NCBI GenBank assembly: GCA_965248195.1
Contig: CBDFIQ010000002.1
Location: forward strand, 2,656,001-2,720,000
Reading direction: 5' to 3'
From: Longimicrobiales bacterium
GTDB taxonomy: Bacteria > Gemmatimonadota > Gemmatimonadetes > Longimicrobiales > Gaopeijiaceae
DNA length: 64,000 bases
How positions within the stretch are numbered: position 1 is the first letter of the stretch; each line of letters starts with the position of its first letter. Below, in pieces: positions 1 to 10,630 of this stretch. Below the pieces are notes generated by a model, which saw only the letters and a program-made list of their open reading frames with translations, had not been told where the DNA came from and ran no database searches. Position numbers and translations under genes: made by a program.

Positions 1-73
1 TGACGCCCAGGCAGAAGACGATGAGGAACGCTACTGCGGGCGGTCCCCCTCTCCACATCTTCATCTCTGGCAT
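1..73 (-). CDS. Partial CDS (N-terminus only, runs off the window edge), signal-peptide-like
   Basis: ATG at 73 preceded by GGAGGA (81-86); reads MPEMKMWRGGPPAVAFLIVFCLGV. Confidence 0.6.
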   Translation of the reverse strand, partial: MPEMKMWRGGPPAVAFLIVFCLGV

Positions 74-139
74 CGTCGGCTCCTCCGCTTCAATCTGTCG
101 CGACGCGGAACCTGAGTGAAGGGGGTCTGAGGGACAAGA

Positions 140-169
140 CCGGGCTCCGAGATTTCTCCCGGAGCCCGG
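140..169. terminator. GC-rich hairpin downstream of the SusD-like gene
   Basis: CCGGGCTCCG (140-149) / CGGAGCCCGG (160-169) perfect inverted repeat; no clear U-tract. Confidence 0.5.
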
Positions 170-240
170 CCGATCGATCTACCCCTTCTCTTGCTTCCCT
201 TTACACAGGGCCACTGCACGCACCCCGCGGCGCCCGCATC

Positions 241-1710
241 CTAGGGCAACGTCAAAGGGACGGGCCAAGCTACTGCCCGACTCAACTGATTCGGGTAGAT
301 GTAGCTGAGGTCTGTGATATCGGGGCCTTCATACCCCGCCCCAAACTCGTCGATGATGTTTGTGTTGAGGTCATACTCGTCTGTCGGCATGAGCCAGCAG
401 TAGCCGAATCCGAACTGGATCCCCTTGTGGTCCTTACCCCGGCCGCGCGGGAACCATAGACCGTAGCGAAGCTTGTCGGCGAGGTGGCGCCCCTCGAAGA
501 AGAACTCGCGACGTCGCTCCTCGATCATCGTGCGATAGACCTCGTCGCTGTCGGTGCTCGCGAAGTTAGGAAGGCTGTGTACATCACGGAGGCTGTTGAT
601 ATACCCGACCGCCGTCGCCAACGAGCCCTGCGCGATCTCGACTTCTGCTAGGATGAGTTGCGCCTCGGCCCATTTCGCCAGGGCCTGGGGGTCCGAGACC
701 GTTGGATACTTGTTCTGGATGTACTGGTCGGTGACCCCGTCCTGCGCGAACTGACCGGTGAAGGTCACATCGACCCGGGGGTCCGGCATGCCATCGTCCA
801 CCGTTTGGAGACCAGAGGGATCGATGGTCAGATCGTAGTATCCCGCTGAGATGAGTTGGGTAGGGTTGAAGTCGTTCCAGTACCCTGGCCCACCGATCGT
901 GCGCCACCCCGATACGGTCAATGCCTGAGTTACCGCGTTCCAGCGGCTGCGTACAGACGCGTCTCGCGTGACCCAAGCCACGAAGCCAGGCTGAATCAGC
1001 AGTGCGTCCGCTTTGGCTCCGTCTAAGTTCCCGATCTGGAGGCGGACACGCGCCCGACCGAGAAGCGCCATCTGCTTCAAGCTGGTCGTGCTCACGATCT
1101 CCGCGTCCCCAGCACCGAGCGCATCCAGCGCCTTGGTGAACCACTCCTCGGCGGTTGTCAGGGTCTCCACCGGGGTCTGCATCGGGCCTACGCCCGCAGC
1201 AAATTCGCAATAGGTCTCACCGAAGACCGCGTAGAAAAACCCCGCGTAGACGGCCGCCGTGGCCAAGTGTGTGTTTCGGTCCCCCAGAACCTCAGCGTCG
1301 GTCCACTCGAGGAGTGCGTCGTAGACACCCACGGCTATGAATCGGGAGGACTGGAAGCTGGTGAACCAGTCAGTGCCGGTGTCAGAATTCTCGTTGCAGG
1401 CATCGGTAGGTGGGCGCGTGCGAAGATAGTCGGTCTCCTGACGCCAGTACCCGCTGGTCGCCCAGGTAGCGTCCTCCATACCAGATTGAACGGCGCTCAT
1501 CATCGAGTATGAGCACTCGAAGTCAGCAATGACCGAGTTGAGGATGATCGGAGTCGATCCCGGGTCGAAAAGATCGTCCGCGGTAAGATTCCCCGGAACT
1601 TCTACCTCCAGCAAGGAATCACATCCTCCAATTGTCAGAATAGCCGCTCCCATAGCCGAAGCCATGGCCAGCCGCGTTCCCGACCACCGTGTGTGTCGTT
1701 GGGTCTTCAT
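241..1710 (-). CDS. SusD/RagB-family nutrient-binding outer-membrane lipoprotein
   Basis: Lipobox-like LTIGGC after MKTQRH start; ARVRL, AEAQLILAE and EERRREFFFEGRHLADKLR motifs; directly downstream of SusC. ORF-track start at 2178 overlaps SusC and is not used. Confidence 0.9.
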   Translation of the reverse strand: MKTQRHTRWSGTRLAMASAMGAAILTIGGCDSLLEVEVPGNLTADDLFDPGSTPIILNSVIADFECSYSMMSAVQSGMEDATWATSGYWRQETDYLRTRPPTDACNENSDTGTDWFTSFQSSRFIAVGVYDALLEWTDAEVLGDRNTHLATAAVYAGFFYAVFGETYCEFAAGVGPMQTPVETLTTAEEWFTKALDALGAGDAEIVSTTSLKQMALLGRARVRLQIGNLDGAKADALLIQPGFVAWVTRDASVRSRWNAVTQALTVSGWRTIGGPGYWNDFNPTQLISAGYYDLTIDPSGLQTVDDGMPDPRVDVTFTGQFAQDGVTDQYIQNKYPTVSDPQALAKWAEAQLILAEVEIAQGSLATAVGYINSLRDVHSLPNFASTDSDEVYRTMIEERRREFFFEGRHLADKLRYGLWFPRGRGKDHKGIQFGFGYCWLMPTDEYDLNTNIIDEFGAGYEGPDITDLSYIYPNQLSRAVAWPVPLTLP

Positions 1711-1736
1711 GTCAGCTCGCTCCATGGATCGTGGCA

Positions 1737-4700
1737 TTAGAAGGTGACCCGCATGGTCACCGTGAAGTTCGTGAGCGGGGGAACGTTCGAGTTCGAAGCC
1801 GTGAGGCTTCCCGCACGCCGCGCCTCGGGGTCCGTCACCGGCACTCCGGGGTAGGTTTCGCCCGAGGGGGTTGTGGCGTCCCCGATGGTGTACGTCGCCT
1901 GCCAGATCGTCCACAAGTTCCTCGCGGCAACGTTGATGGAAGCCCTGGAGGCTCCGGCCCGGGCGGCCAACGAGGTCGGAAGTGTGTAATTGAGGCTGAT
2001 CTCGCGGAGCTTCGCGAACGAGGCATCGAACTCGTTGGTGAGTCGAGTCTGCTGGGCCCTGCCCGTAATCGCGGCGACCATGAACGGATCGTCTCTCCTT
2101 ACCGAAGCCTCCGACGTCTGGAAGCACGTGTGTCGGCACGCGGCGTCCGTCAGATTCCGCCAGTGCTCTCCCCGCCACTCCGCCATTGCGTACAGTCGCA
2201 GGTTGTCGAAGAGCGTGATCGTCGTATTCACGGTCGCTTCATGCTTCGGAAGCGCCAGGCCGTTACCCTGCCTGATACGCGGCGCGCCACTGCAGGGCTC
2301 CGGGGCGCCCCCCGGATCCAGACCGAGAACCCCTGTTCCACCGTCACACATCACGTTGATCGCGTTTCCGGTAGCGTCGAGCTCAGCCGAGAGGATGATT
2401 CGCTCCGTCTGGAAGGGATAGTTCAGGCCCTCCCTGAGGTCGTTCGTCTCTGGATTCCCACCCAGGTCGTCGATCCGGTTTTCGTTGCTGTTAATTCCTA
2501 AACCCAGATCCCAGGAGAAGCTCGACCGGTCAAGGATCCGGCCGTTCATGTTCAGCTCCCAGCCCCAATTGGTGAGCTGCCCGAGGTTCACAGTCTGAGC
2601 TCCGGGGAAGCCGAACGTTGGTGGGACCGGGATATCGATGAGTGCGTCCTTCACCTGCTGATTGTAATAGGTGAACGCCGCGCTGATCCGCTCGTCGAGG
2701 AACGCGGCATCGAAGCCAACCTCGATCTCCGAGCTGACTTCCGGCCCCAGATCCGGGTTGCCCAGCACGTCGGGTGTGACGGACGGTTGTCCACCCGGTC
2801 CCGGCTCGGGCGCGTAGAGCGTCACCCCGGCGAACGTGTCCGGCTGACGACCCGCCTTCCCCCAGGCCGACCTCAGACGGAAGCTGCTCACATAGTCATC
2901 GAGGCCACCCCAGAAGTCCTCCTCCGAGAGAACCCAGGTGCCCGAGAACTTCGGGTAGATCGCAGCGTCGAAGTCCGCCCCGAACGCTGAGTTGTCGTCC
3001 CCGCGAACCGCCGCGGTCAGGAAGAGGCGGTCATTCCAGCCCATTTCCTGCTGCACATACAGTCCCACGGACTTGTTCTCTATGAATGACTGGCCTGCGC
3101 TCGTGGACGCGGCGCCCGAGAGCGTCGTGATCTGAGGGGCTGGGAATACTTGCCCGATTCCGCTGACGATCTCCTCGGTCCTAGCGTAGTACTGCAGGCC
3201 GAACGAAGAGGTGAACTGCACGTTTTCGCCGAGCCCGGGCAGCCCCCCGTACGTCGCGCTCGCCGCGTAATCGAGTGTCTGGTACTCGCGCCTCGGACGG
3301 TCGATCTCGATGTTCCCCAGCGCGAGCGCGCCGAACTCCTCAGGCACCGCACGCCTCGGAAAGAGTTGGGAATTCTCCTCGTTCAACACGTCCGTCCCGA
3401 TGATCACCCGATGGGTGAACCAAGGCCTCGGAACATGTGTGAGCGTCGCGCTCCCCGTGAACCGGTTCAAATCACGAATGGCTCTATTATCAGCGATCTC
3501 CTCGGGTCTCGCTCTGAGGAAGCCGCGTAGGATGCGGTCCTGCCCCTCGGGGTTCGCCCACTGGAACTGCTCCCACATCCCCCAGGCCGTCCTCTGCTGC
3601 ATGAAGCTCGTCTGGCCGGTGATGTAGCCGAGGCTCACGTTCACCGTAACCTGGTCGGACGGCAGGATGGTAAGATTCGAACGCAGGTTGGTCTGCTTCT
3701 TCCAGTTGTAGCTGACGATCCCTGCGTCATCTCCGTAGTCTGCAGACAGGAAGTACCGGAGCCGGTCGGTGCCCCCCCGCATGCTAAGCGTGTAGGTTTG
3801 CAGCTGTCCGGTCTGGAAGTGGTTCCGACCAGCGGCTTTCTCGGCTTCGTAAATGTTGAAGGAGATGATGTTCCCGCTAGCATCTCGTCCGAACGACTCA
3901 CCAACCTTCCCCGATACGTCGTTCAGCCACGTCGCTCCCTGCCGGATGGACATGCTAAACTGAGTGGCGCCCCTCTGTCCCCTCTTAGTGATGATCTGGA
4001 TCACCCCGGCGGAGGCCTCCGTGCCGTAGAGCGTCGCAGCGGCGGGCCCCTTGATGATCTCGACGCTCTCGATCTCGTCGGGGCTGAAATCGTCTAGCGA
4101 GGAGACCTGCCCGCCATCGCGCAGGTTCGGGCCACCCCCCGTCTGGTTGTCCACGCGGATCCCATCCACGTAAATCAGGGGCTGGCTTCCCATTGTGACG
4201 CTGGAGACGCCTCGAATCCGCATCTCCGATCCGGTCCCTATGTTCCCCGAATTGCGGTTGAAGCTGAGACCCGACTCCCGCGCCCCAAGCAGGTCCTGAA
4301 TGGTACCCACCGCAGCGACCTCCATGATCTCCACGGCCTCAACCCGTCCCACCACGTTTCCGATCGCTCGGGCTCGCGTACCTCCAGCCGTTCCCGTCAC
4401 GACCAATTCGTCCAGCCGAAGCGCATCCCGGGAGACCTGGAATTCTATGGTTACAACGCCCCCGGCGGTGACCGTCACCTGTTGCGTTTCCCTGGTGAAT
4501 CCGAGGCGCTCCACCACGACCTCATACAGCCCGGCCCGCACGTTAGTGAGGATGAACGACCCATTGGGCCGCGAGTCGGTGCCGAGCGACAGCTCATCAA
4601 TGTGCACATAGGCCGCATCTATGGGCACCCCGCTCGCAGCGTCAACGATCCGGCCGGCAATGGTGCCTGTGTTTTGAGCAGCGAGTCCCGGCGCGGGGGT

Positions 4701-4790
4701 CAGCAACGTACCAATGAGGCCACCGAGCACTGCCACCCTTTGGAACCACGAGCCGTGTGCTTCCCCGTGATAAAACCTTTGAACCACCAT
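1737..4790 (-). CDS. SusC/RagA-family TonB-dependent outer-membrane transporter
   Basis: N-terminal carboxypeptidase-regulatory-like domain, LDELVVTG TonB-box-like, IESVEIIKGPAAATLYG...GVIQIITKRG plug motif, GNPDLGPE, C-terminal F; GGAGGAG RBS. Confidence 0.95.
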   Translation of the reverse strand: MVVQRFYHGEAHGSWFQRVAVLGGLIGTLLTPAPGLAAQNTGTIAGRIVDAASGVPIDAAYVHIDELSLGTDSRPNGSFILTNVRAGLYEVVVERLGFTRETQQVTVTAGGVVTIEFQVSRDALRLDELVVTGTAGGTRARAIGNVVGRVEAVEIMEVAAVGTIQDLLGARESGLSFNRNSGNIGTGSEMRIRGVSSVTMGSQPLIYVDGIRVDNQTGGGPNLRDGGQVSSLDDFSPDEIESVEIIKGPAAATLYGTEASAGVIQIITKRGQRGATQFSMSIRQGATWLNDVSGKVGESFGRDASGNIISFNIYEAEKAAGRNHFQTGQLQTYTLSMRGGTDRLRYFLSADYGDDAGIVSYNWKKQTNLRSNLTILPSDQVTVNVSLGYITGQTSFMQQRTAWGMWEQFQWANPEGQDRILRGFLRARPEEIADNRAIRDLNRFTGSATLTHVPRPWFTHRVIIGTDVLNEENSQLFPRRAVPEEFGALALGNIEIDRPRREYQTLDYAASATYGGLPGLGENVQFTSSFGLQYYARTEEIVSGIGQVFPAPQITTLSGAASTSAGQSFIENKSVGLYVQQEMGWNDRLFLTAAVRGDDNSAFGADFDAAIYPKFSGTWVLSEEDFWGGLDDYVSSFRLRSAWGKAGRQPDTFAGVTLYAPEPGPGGQPSVTPDVLGNPDLGPEVSSEIEVGFDAAFLDERISAAFTYYNQQVKDALIDIPVPPTFGFPGAQTVNLGQLTNWGWELNMNGRILDRSSFSWDLGLGINSNENRIDDLGGNPETNDLREGLNYPFQTERIILSAELDATGNAINVMCDGGTGVLGLDPGGAPEPCSGAPRIRQGNGLALPKHEATVNTTITLFDNLRLYAMAEWRGEHWRNLTDAACRHTCFQTSEASVRRDDPFMVAAITGRAQQTRLTNEFDASFAKLREISLNYTLPTSLAARAGASRASINVAARNLWTIWQATYTIGDATTPSGETYPGVPVTDPEARRAGSLTASNSNVPPLTNFTVTMRVTF

Positions 4791-5155
4791 GATCTCCTCC
4801 GTACGATTGGAACACCAGGAATGGCTGATCTATAAAAAAACAGAAAACGTGGACCTGTGGCGGCAGGTAAGCGATGGCAGCGCGATGGCTTACCCATGAG
4901 CGTTTTTTCGAGGAAGAAGCTACGCTTTGAGGGGTCGTCTTGCAAGCGAGGTGCGGAGGCACGGTGCGGTACCTACTCTCGAAACTTTTGGAACGCCGTC
5001 GTGCGTGGTGCGTTGATGCCAGGAAGGGGCCCTCTCCCTTGAGAAGGACACGAGGTGGCACAGCGCTCCGGGCGTAGGGCATCACCTGCACCCACGATGC
5101 TCGAATGGGACGAAGGCATGCGTAACGTGGGCAGTGGTCGGTGACGTCCCCGCCC

Positions 5156-6007
5156 CTAGATCGTCTCCAGCACCCCCACGGGGACCCACCCCACCCTCCC
5201 ATCCTCGAGCACGACCTCAGCCCATTCCTCGGAGAGGCGATCGATCCGAACCTTGGTCCCTTCGTGCACCGTGAAAACCGTGAGGGTCTCGTCGTCCAGA
5301 GGAGCGCTCTTCACGTCGACCTCGGGTTGTAGTACGACGGCCTCCTGCGTCCGTCCCACTTCGAACTCCCGAACGGCTAGGTTGAGTCCGAACAAAAGGA
5401 ACACGACACCGGAGGTGAGCGCGATCCGTCGGCCCCACATCGCCACCGGCGCTCCCCTCTTCAGGATGAGCAAGAGGACGACGCCCGTCCCGACCAGGTA
5501 GGAGGCTGCGACCACCGCGATGAGGAGGCTCCTCGGCAGAAGCGCGATCCACCACGTCACCGCAGCGAAGAGCCAGAACCGCGGGAGGGGCTCGATCTCG
5601 TCCACGGTCAACGAGCGTGCCAGCTCGAGGTTGGCCTGAACATCTTCATCCCCGGGGAGTAGCCGGCGGGCACGCTCGTAGTACAGGATCGCTTGGGCGA
5701 GATCACCGAGCTTGAAATAGGCGTTACCGATGTTGTAGTAGAGCTCGCCGCTCTCGAAACCGGCGTCTACCAGTCGCAGGTAGCTGGCGCGCGCTTCCTC
5801 GAACTCCCCTTCCTGGTACAGTCGGTTCCCCTCCTGGTAGAACTCCACCTGAGTGACCGCGAGATGAGGAGTGATTAGCACTGGGATTGTCAGTGCGTTC
5901 GACCCGGACACCTCGGGTATGCCCGAGGCTAGGACGCCGCGAGGGCTGGAGGCGACGGTGGCCGGGACGCCGGACATCGCCATCACCGCTAAGACCACCG
6001 CACGCAT
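5156..6007 (-). CDS. batE: BatE-like TPR + SH3-domain membrane protein
   Basis: TPR (YYNIGNAYFKLG..AILYYERA), two TM segments, C-terminal HEGTKV..WAEV..GRVGWV; TGATG overlap with batD. Confidence 0.85.
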   Translation of the reverse strand: MRAVVLAVMAMSGVPATVASSPRGVLASGIPEVSGSNALTIPVLITPHLAVTQVEFYQEGNRLYQEGEFEEARASYLRLVDAGFESGELYYNIGNAYFKLGDLAQAILYYERARRLLPGDEDVQANLELARSLTVDEIEPLPRFWLFAAVTWWIALLPRSLLIAVVAASYLVGTGVVLLLILKRGAPVAMWGRRIALTSGVVFLLFGLNLAVREFEVGRTQEAVVLQPEVDVKSAPLDDETLTVFTVHEGTKVRIDRLSEEWAEVVLEDGRVGWVPVGVLETI

Positions 6008-7821
6008 CAGGAGAGCCCCTCTTGTACGGACGTCATCGCCTCTGCCGCCCGGTCGAAGAATCCGGACTTCTCCTCCGCGCTGGAGCCTGGAGGAGCGAAG
6101 CGCGCGCGGTCGCACTCGCCCAGGCAATCGAAATACTCCTTCGTGTCTGCCTCCGAAACGCCACGCCTTCGGAGCTCCGCCTCGGCGACTTCAGACATGA
6201 ATCCGGCCTCGGCGACGTTGAGCTTGTCGGCGAGAAATCCGCGCAGCGCCCTCTCGACTTCCGCGTAAAACGCCCGGGCGTCACCTTCCGCCATCACCCG
6301 GCGGGCCTCGCCAAGACGCTTCTTGGCGATCCGCCCGGCTCTTCGCCCCCTCGCGTACGCCACATCGCCCTCGAGCCGGTCCCAGTGCGTTCGTAGGCCC
6401 AAGGCTCCGAGCAGGGCAACAAGCGGCAACAGCGTGACGATCCAGAACCCCGGCGCATCCGTGAGCGAACCTCCGAGCGCTCCGAGGCTCGGAGGGCCGA
6501 TCCGGATGAACCGGATATCCTCGCGCAGGGTCTCCACGCCGGCCCGCCCAATGGGGACCCCGATGATAGCATCTCCCGTCACCTCGAGCCGCAGCGGCTC
6601 CGAGGCAGATGTGGCGTACAGGCCACTCTCGGCGTCGAAGTAGCTCATTTCGACAGGAGGGATGCTCTTTTCTCCGGGCGACCTCGGAATCAGCACGTAG
6701 GTGTAGGCTCTACTCCCACGAATACGGGAGCCGGCGCGATCGATCGTCTCCGTGACCTCGGGGGGAAAGACCTCGAAGTCCCCGGGGAAGTCGATGATGG
6801 GCGCCGCCAAGCCCCGGAGATTGCCCTCTCCCTCTACGATCAGCTCCAGCGTCACGGCGTCGTTGGTCTCGACACTGGATCGATCGATCGAGGCGCTCAC
6901 ATTCAGCCGGCCCACCAGCCCGGTGAAGCTCTGAGGCCTCCCCGCCACCGGAAGTGGCAGGACTTCGACTTCCACCGGGTTCGATACGATTACCGCCGGA
7001 ACCTGTGATCCGAAGAGCGAACCCCCGCCGAAGAAGTCATCGAAAATGCTCCGCGCCTGCCTTCGAACTTGCACGCTCACCTCGACGCTCAGCGGCTCGA
7101 TGGTCTTGGTCCCCGACCCCGCAGGAAAGAGAACGACGCGCCGGACCACGGCGGTCGTATACGGCTGTCCGCCCCGAACCCTCTGTTCGACCTCTGGGTT
7201 CTGCGGACCGGGGACCTCTTCCACCCAGAAGCCCTCGCTCTCGCCTAGGTCGACAAGGGTGAAAGAGGTGACGTTTACGCGGGTGAACAGCCGGTAACTC
7301 ACTTCGATCGGCTCGTTCTGGTACACACGGGTTTTGCCGACTTCCGCCACGATGAAGAGATCGTCGGGGCCGACACCGGCCGGATTTTGGGGTCCAGACC
7401 CACCCCCCACCGCCGCGCCCGCCGTGGAAACGGTCAATGTGACCGGCTGCGTCCGCAGCACCTGCCCCCCGGCCTCGACCTCGACGACCCCGATCTCGAA
7501 GGTGCCCTCCCGGATCGCCCGGTAACGGTATTGGATGATCAAAGAGACGGTCGTTACGCCGTTGATCATCTGCACGCTCGTGGAGGAGTTGCGGCCGATG
7601 TAGCGGGAAAAGTCTCCCAAGTCCGGGAGTGAGGGCTCCACATCCATCTGATTCGTGCCCCTTACCTCCACGTCGAGGGTGAACTGGCCATTCAACGGGA
7701 CCACGGACGGGGTTACCGAGGCGTGAGCCTCGAGCTGCACAGCGGCCACATCGAAGGGTGCGGCCACACCCGCACCGACGACCCCGAAAAAGACGGTCGC
7801 CACCCAATCCAAGCCACGCAT
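6007..7821 (-). CDS. batD: BatD-family protein
   Basis: NSSTSVQMINGV, GEGNL and IPPVEMSYFD motifs, C-terminal TM segment; Bat operon context. Confidence 0.9.
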   Translation of the reverse strand: MRGLDWVATVFFGVVGAGVAAPFDVAAVQLEAHASVTPSVVPLNGQFTLDVEVRGTNQMDVEPSLPDLGDFSRYIGRNSSTSVQMINGVTTVSLIIQYRYRAIREGTFEIGVVEVEAGGQVLRTQPVTLTVSTAGAAVGGGSGPQNPAGVGPDDLFIVAEVGKTRVYQNEPIEVSYRLFTRVNVTSFTLVDLGESEGFWVEEVPGPQNPEVEQRVRGGQPYTTAVVRRVVLFPAGSGTKTIEPLSVEVSVQVRRQARSIFDDFFGGGSLFGSQVPAVIVSNPVEVEVLPLPVAGRPQSFTGLVGRLNVSASIDRSSVETNDAVTLELIVEGEGNLRGLAAPIIDFPGDFEVFPPEVTETIDRAGSRIRGSRAYTYVLIPRSPGEKSIPPVEMSYFDAESGLYATSASEPLRLEVTGDAIIGVPIGRAGVETLREDIRFIRIGPPSLGALGGSLTDAPGFWIVTLLPLVALLGALGLRTHWDRLEGDVAYARGRRAGRIAKKRLGEARRVMAEGDARAFYAEVERALRGFLADKLNVAEAGFMSEVAEAELRRRGVSEADTKEYFDCLGECDRARFAPPGSSAEEKSGFFDRAAEAMTSVQEGLS

Positions 7822-7830
7822 CGTCCGTCC

Positions 7831-8589
7831 CTACCAGGGTTTGCTGGGGCGCCGGCCCCGCAGGGGCGCTTGGCGCCGGTTGACTTCACCCGGATCCTCC
7901 TGGACCCCTTGAAGCAGCCGCTCGGCCTCTTCCTCCGTCATCTCACCGGGCGCTGGTTCGGGCTGCTGCTCCTGCTCCTGGTCCTGGTCCTGGTCCTGAT
8001 CCTGGTCCTCGTCCCGTCGTTCTTCCTGGTCCTGTGGCTCCTGGTTCTGCTCCCCGTCTTGATTCTCTTGCTCCTCGTCCTGCTGGCTCTCGTCCCCGTC
8101 CTCCGACTGCGGGTCCTGATCCGGTTGCTGAAGCTGCTGCTCGAGGGCCAACTCGAGATTGTGCTTGTAGTCGATCTCTCCCGGATCGATGCGGAGGGCC
8201 TGTTTGTACGCTTCGGCGCTTTCCTGGAACCTCTGCTCGCGGTAGAGGCCGTTCCCCAGGTTGTACCAGGCGGGTGCTGCAAGGGCCGGGTCGCCCGATT
8301 CGATCGCCCCGCGGTATGCATCCAAGGCCCGGACGTACTCTTCAGATTGGTAGAGCGCGTTCCCATCATTGAAGAGAGCGAGCGGCAAGTCGGGCGCCTC
8401 TCGAAGGGCCTCCAGATATTTTTCGTGCGCCTCGGGGAAGCGACCCTCTTCGTAGAGGCGGTTGCCGTCGTTGAGCTCGACGCGGCCCCGCTGAGCGGCG
8501 ACCCCACTCGGCAGGGCGCCGATGAGTACCACCGCGCCCGCCGCCGCCAACACGGCTCCCCATCTCATCGAGATCCTTCCGCCGCTCAT
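7831..8589 (-). CDS. batC: BatC-like TPR protein with Q/D/E-rich linker
   Basis: TPRs (WYNLGNGLY, YKQALRIDP), acidic Gln-rich tract, EEAERLL, C-terminal KPW. Confidence 0.85.
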   Translation of the reverse strand: MSGGRISMRWGAVLAAAGAVVLIGALPSGVAAQRGRVELNDGNRLYEEGRFPEAHEKYLEALREAPDLPLALFNDGNALYQSEEYVRALDAYRGAIESGDPALAAPAWYNLGNGLYREQRFQESAEAYKQALRIDPGEIDYKHNLELALEQQLQQPDQDPQSEDGDESQQDEEQENQDGEQNQEPQDQEERRDEDQDQDQDQDQEQEQQPEPAPGEMTEEEAERLLQGVQEDPGEVNRRQAPLRGRRPSKPW

Positions 8590-9617
8590 GAGAACCTCCC
8601 GGCCCACACCTCTTTCTTCCGCCGGCGCTCGCGGATCAAACCCTCCACGAGCAGTAGGACCAACGCGAACCCGAGGAAAAGCTGGAACTGTTCGTCGAAT
8701 TGTGTGATCTCCCGTGCTTCCAGTTCGCGACCCTCTCCACCGGTGATCTCCTCGACCAGAGGATCCAAGTTCGCGCCGAGCCCCAACGCTGGAAAATATC
8801 GACCTCCGGTGGCCTGAGCGACACGCTCCAGCGTCGATTCATCCAGCCGCGTGGTCACGACGGTGCCTGATTCGTCTCGGATGAAACCGCTCCGTTCCCC
8901 CGAGGCCGTGAACTCCGGAATCGGGACCCCTTCGAGCGACCCGATACCGACCGTGTGGATCTGTATCCCCTCGTCGAGGGCGCGCTCGAGTGCCCCTTCG
9001 ATCTCACCCTCGTGGTCTTCCCCGTCGGTGACCACGATGAGCACCCGATGGTCCCGCGTCCCCTCCTCGAACGCATCCAGGGCCACGGTGAGCGCTTCGC
9101 CCAGGTTGGTCCCCTGGATGGGGATCAGACCGGGATCCATGGCGTTCAGGAAGAGGGCAGCCGCACCGTAATCCACGGTGAGCGGGCTTTGGACGAAGGC
9201 GTTCCCGGCGAAGGCAACGAGGCCGATACGGTCCCCGTCCAGGCGCTGAAGGATGCGCATGATTTCCAGGCGTGCCCGCTCCAACCGGTTCGGCGCAACA
9301 TCCTCGGCCAGCATGGACCGCGAAACGTCGAGCGCCACCATCACGTCCTGTCCCTCACTCCTCACGGTCTCGACGCGGGTCCCGAACTGCGGACGAGCAA
9401 GGGCCAGGATGAGGAAGGCGACCGCCAGCAGGATGAGGCCACTCTTGGCCGCCCGCGCCCTTCGGCTGAGGGTCGCGCTCAACTTCTGCACAAGCGCCAG
9501 ATCTCCGAACTGGGCCAGCGCCCGTCTTCGTGCCTGACGCGCTCCCCAGAAGAACACACCCAGAGCCGGGACCAGGAGCAGCCCGAAGAGGATCTCAGTC
9601 GACACGAAGCGGAACAT
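8586..9617 (-). CDS. batB: BatB-like VWA-domain protein
   Basis: ALARPQFG, MIDAS DVSRSM, QSPLTVD, TDGEDH, TTRLDESTL. Confidence 0.9.
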   Translation of the reverse strand: MFRFVSTEILFGLLLVPALGVFFWGARQARRRALAQFGDLALVQKLSATLSRRARAAKSGLILLAVAFLILALARPQFGTRVETVRSEGQDVMVALDVSRSMLAEDVAPNRLERARLEIMRILQRLDGDRIGLVAFAGNAFVQSPLTVDYGAAALFLNAMDPGLIPIQGTNLGEALTVALDAFEEGTRDHRVLIVVTDGEDHEGEIEGALERALDEGIQIHTVGIGSLEGVPIPEFTASGERSGFIRDESGTVVTTRLDESTLERVAQATGGRYFPALGLGANLDPLVEEITGGEGRELEAREITQFDEQFQLFLGFALVLLLVEGLIRERRRKKEVWAGRFS

Positions 9618-9643
9618 GGCGGTACGGGTCTTCTCCTGAACGG

Positions 9644-10630
9644 TTACGGTAACTTGCGAAGGACGGTCTGGCCGAGGCCGACCTCGAGGAGCAAAAGCAG
9701 CAGACCCGCAGCCAGAGGATAATGGAAGAGCTCGCCATAACTCGTGAAGTTCTCCACTTCTATTTCCGTCGTCTCGAGGGCGTCGATTTCCTCGTAGATC
9801 TGGCCGAGGCCCTCCCGGTTGGTCGCGCGGAAGTACCGGCCACCGGTGGTCTCTGCCACCTCCTGCAGCGAGGCCTCGTCGATGTCGACTTCCACGGTGA
9901 CGTACTGGCGACCGCGGAGCCGATCGTCGATCGGTACTCGTGCCATGCCCTGGCTACCCGCCCCGATCGTGTACACCCTCACACCCAGTGCCTGAGCCAT
10001 CTGGCCGGCGGTCACCGGGCCAATTTCCCCGGTGTTGCTCCGCCCATCGGTGAGCAGCACGACCACCTGTGACTCGGCGTCTGAGGCCTGAAGCCGCTTG
10101 ACGGCCGTGGCGAGGCCCATGCCCACGGCGGTCCCATCCTCGATCATGCCAACCTCCATCTGGCCGAGAAGGTCCGTGACAACGGAGTAGTCGAGTGTAA
10201 GGGGGACCTGCGTAAAAGCCTCTCCAGCGAATACCACCAACCCGATGCGGTCGTTTCGTCGGCCCTCGACGAACTCCGCAGCCACGCCCTTCGCTGCCTC
10301 CAAACGGTTGGGCTCCAGGTCCTCGGCCAGCATGGAGCTCGACACGTCGATCGCGAGAACGATATCGATACCCTCGGCACTCACGGTCTCGCTGGTGACG
10401 CCGGTCTGGGGCCGAGAGAAGGCAACGATGAGAGCGGCGAGCGCGAATACGCGCAGGGCGAAAAGAACGTGCCTTCTCCGACCGGTGCGCCGCACATCGG
10501 ACTGCCTGAGCGATTCCACGTCCGAGTATCGGATCGCCCCGGAGCGACGCCGACGTGCGTACACATAAACGAGGGCCGGTATCGCCAGGATAAAAAACAG
10601 GAAATGGGGATCCTCGAAACGGTACATCAT
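9644..10630 (-). CDS. batA: BatA-like VWA-domain protein
   Basis: GIDIVLAIDVSSSM, DGTAVGMGLATAV, LLTDG, TGGRYFRA. Confidence 0.9.
   Translation of the reverse strand: MMYRFEDPHFLFFILAIPALVYVYARRRRSGAIRYSDVESLRQSDVRRTGRRRHVLFALRVFALAALIVAFSRPQTGVTSETVSAEGIDIVLAIDVSSSMLAEDLEPNRLEAAKGVAAEFVEGRRNDRIGLVVFAGEAFTQVPLTLDYSVVTDLLGQMEVGMIEDGTAVGMGLATAVKRLQASDAESQVVVLLTDGRSNTGEIGPVTAGQMAQALGVRVYTIGAGSQGMARVPIDDRLRGRQYVTVEVDIDEASLQEVAETTGGRYFRATNREGLGQIYEEIDALETTEIEVENFTSYGELFHYPLAAGLLLLLLEVGLGQTVLRKLP

Noticed and set aside
1711..2178. Long N-terminal extension of SusD given in the ORF track
   Set aside because: It overlaps SusC in another frame; the lipoprotein signal starts at about 1710.
4791..5155. 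Riboswitch in the SusC leader
   Set aside because: No cobalamin, TPP or other aptamer consensus could be recognised by eye.
7960..8140. CAGGAC-type microsatellite in batC as a contingency locus
   Set aside because: It encodes the usual Q/D/E-rich BatC linker and stays in frame.
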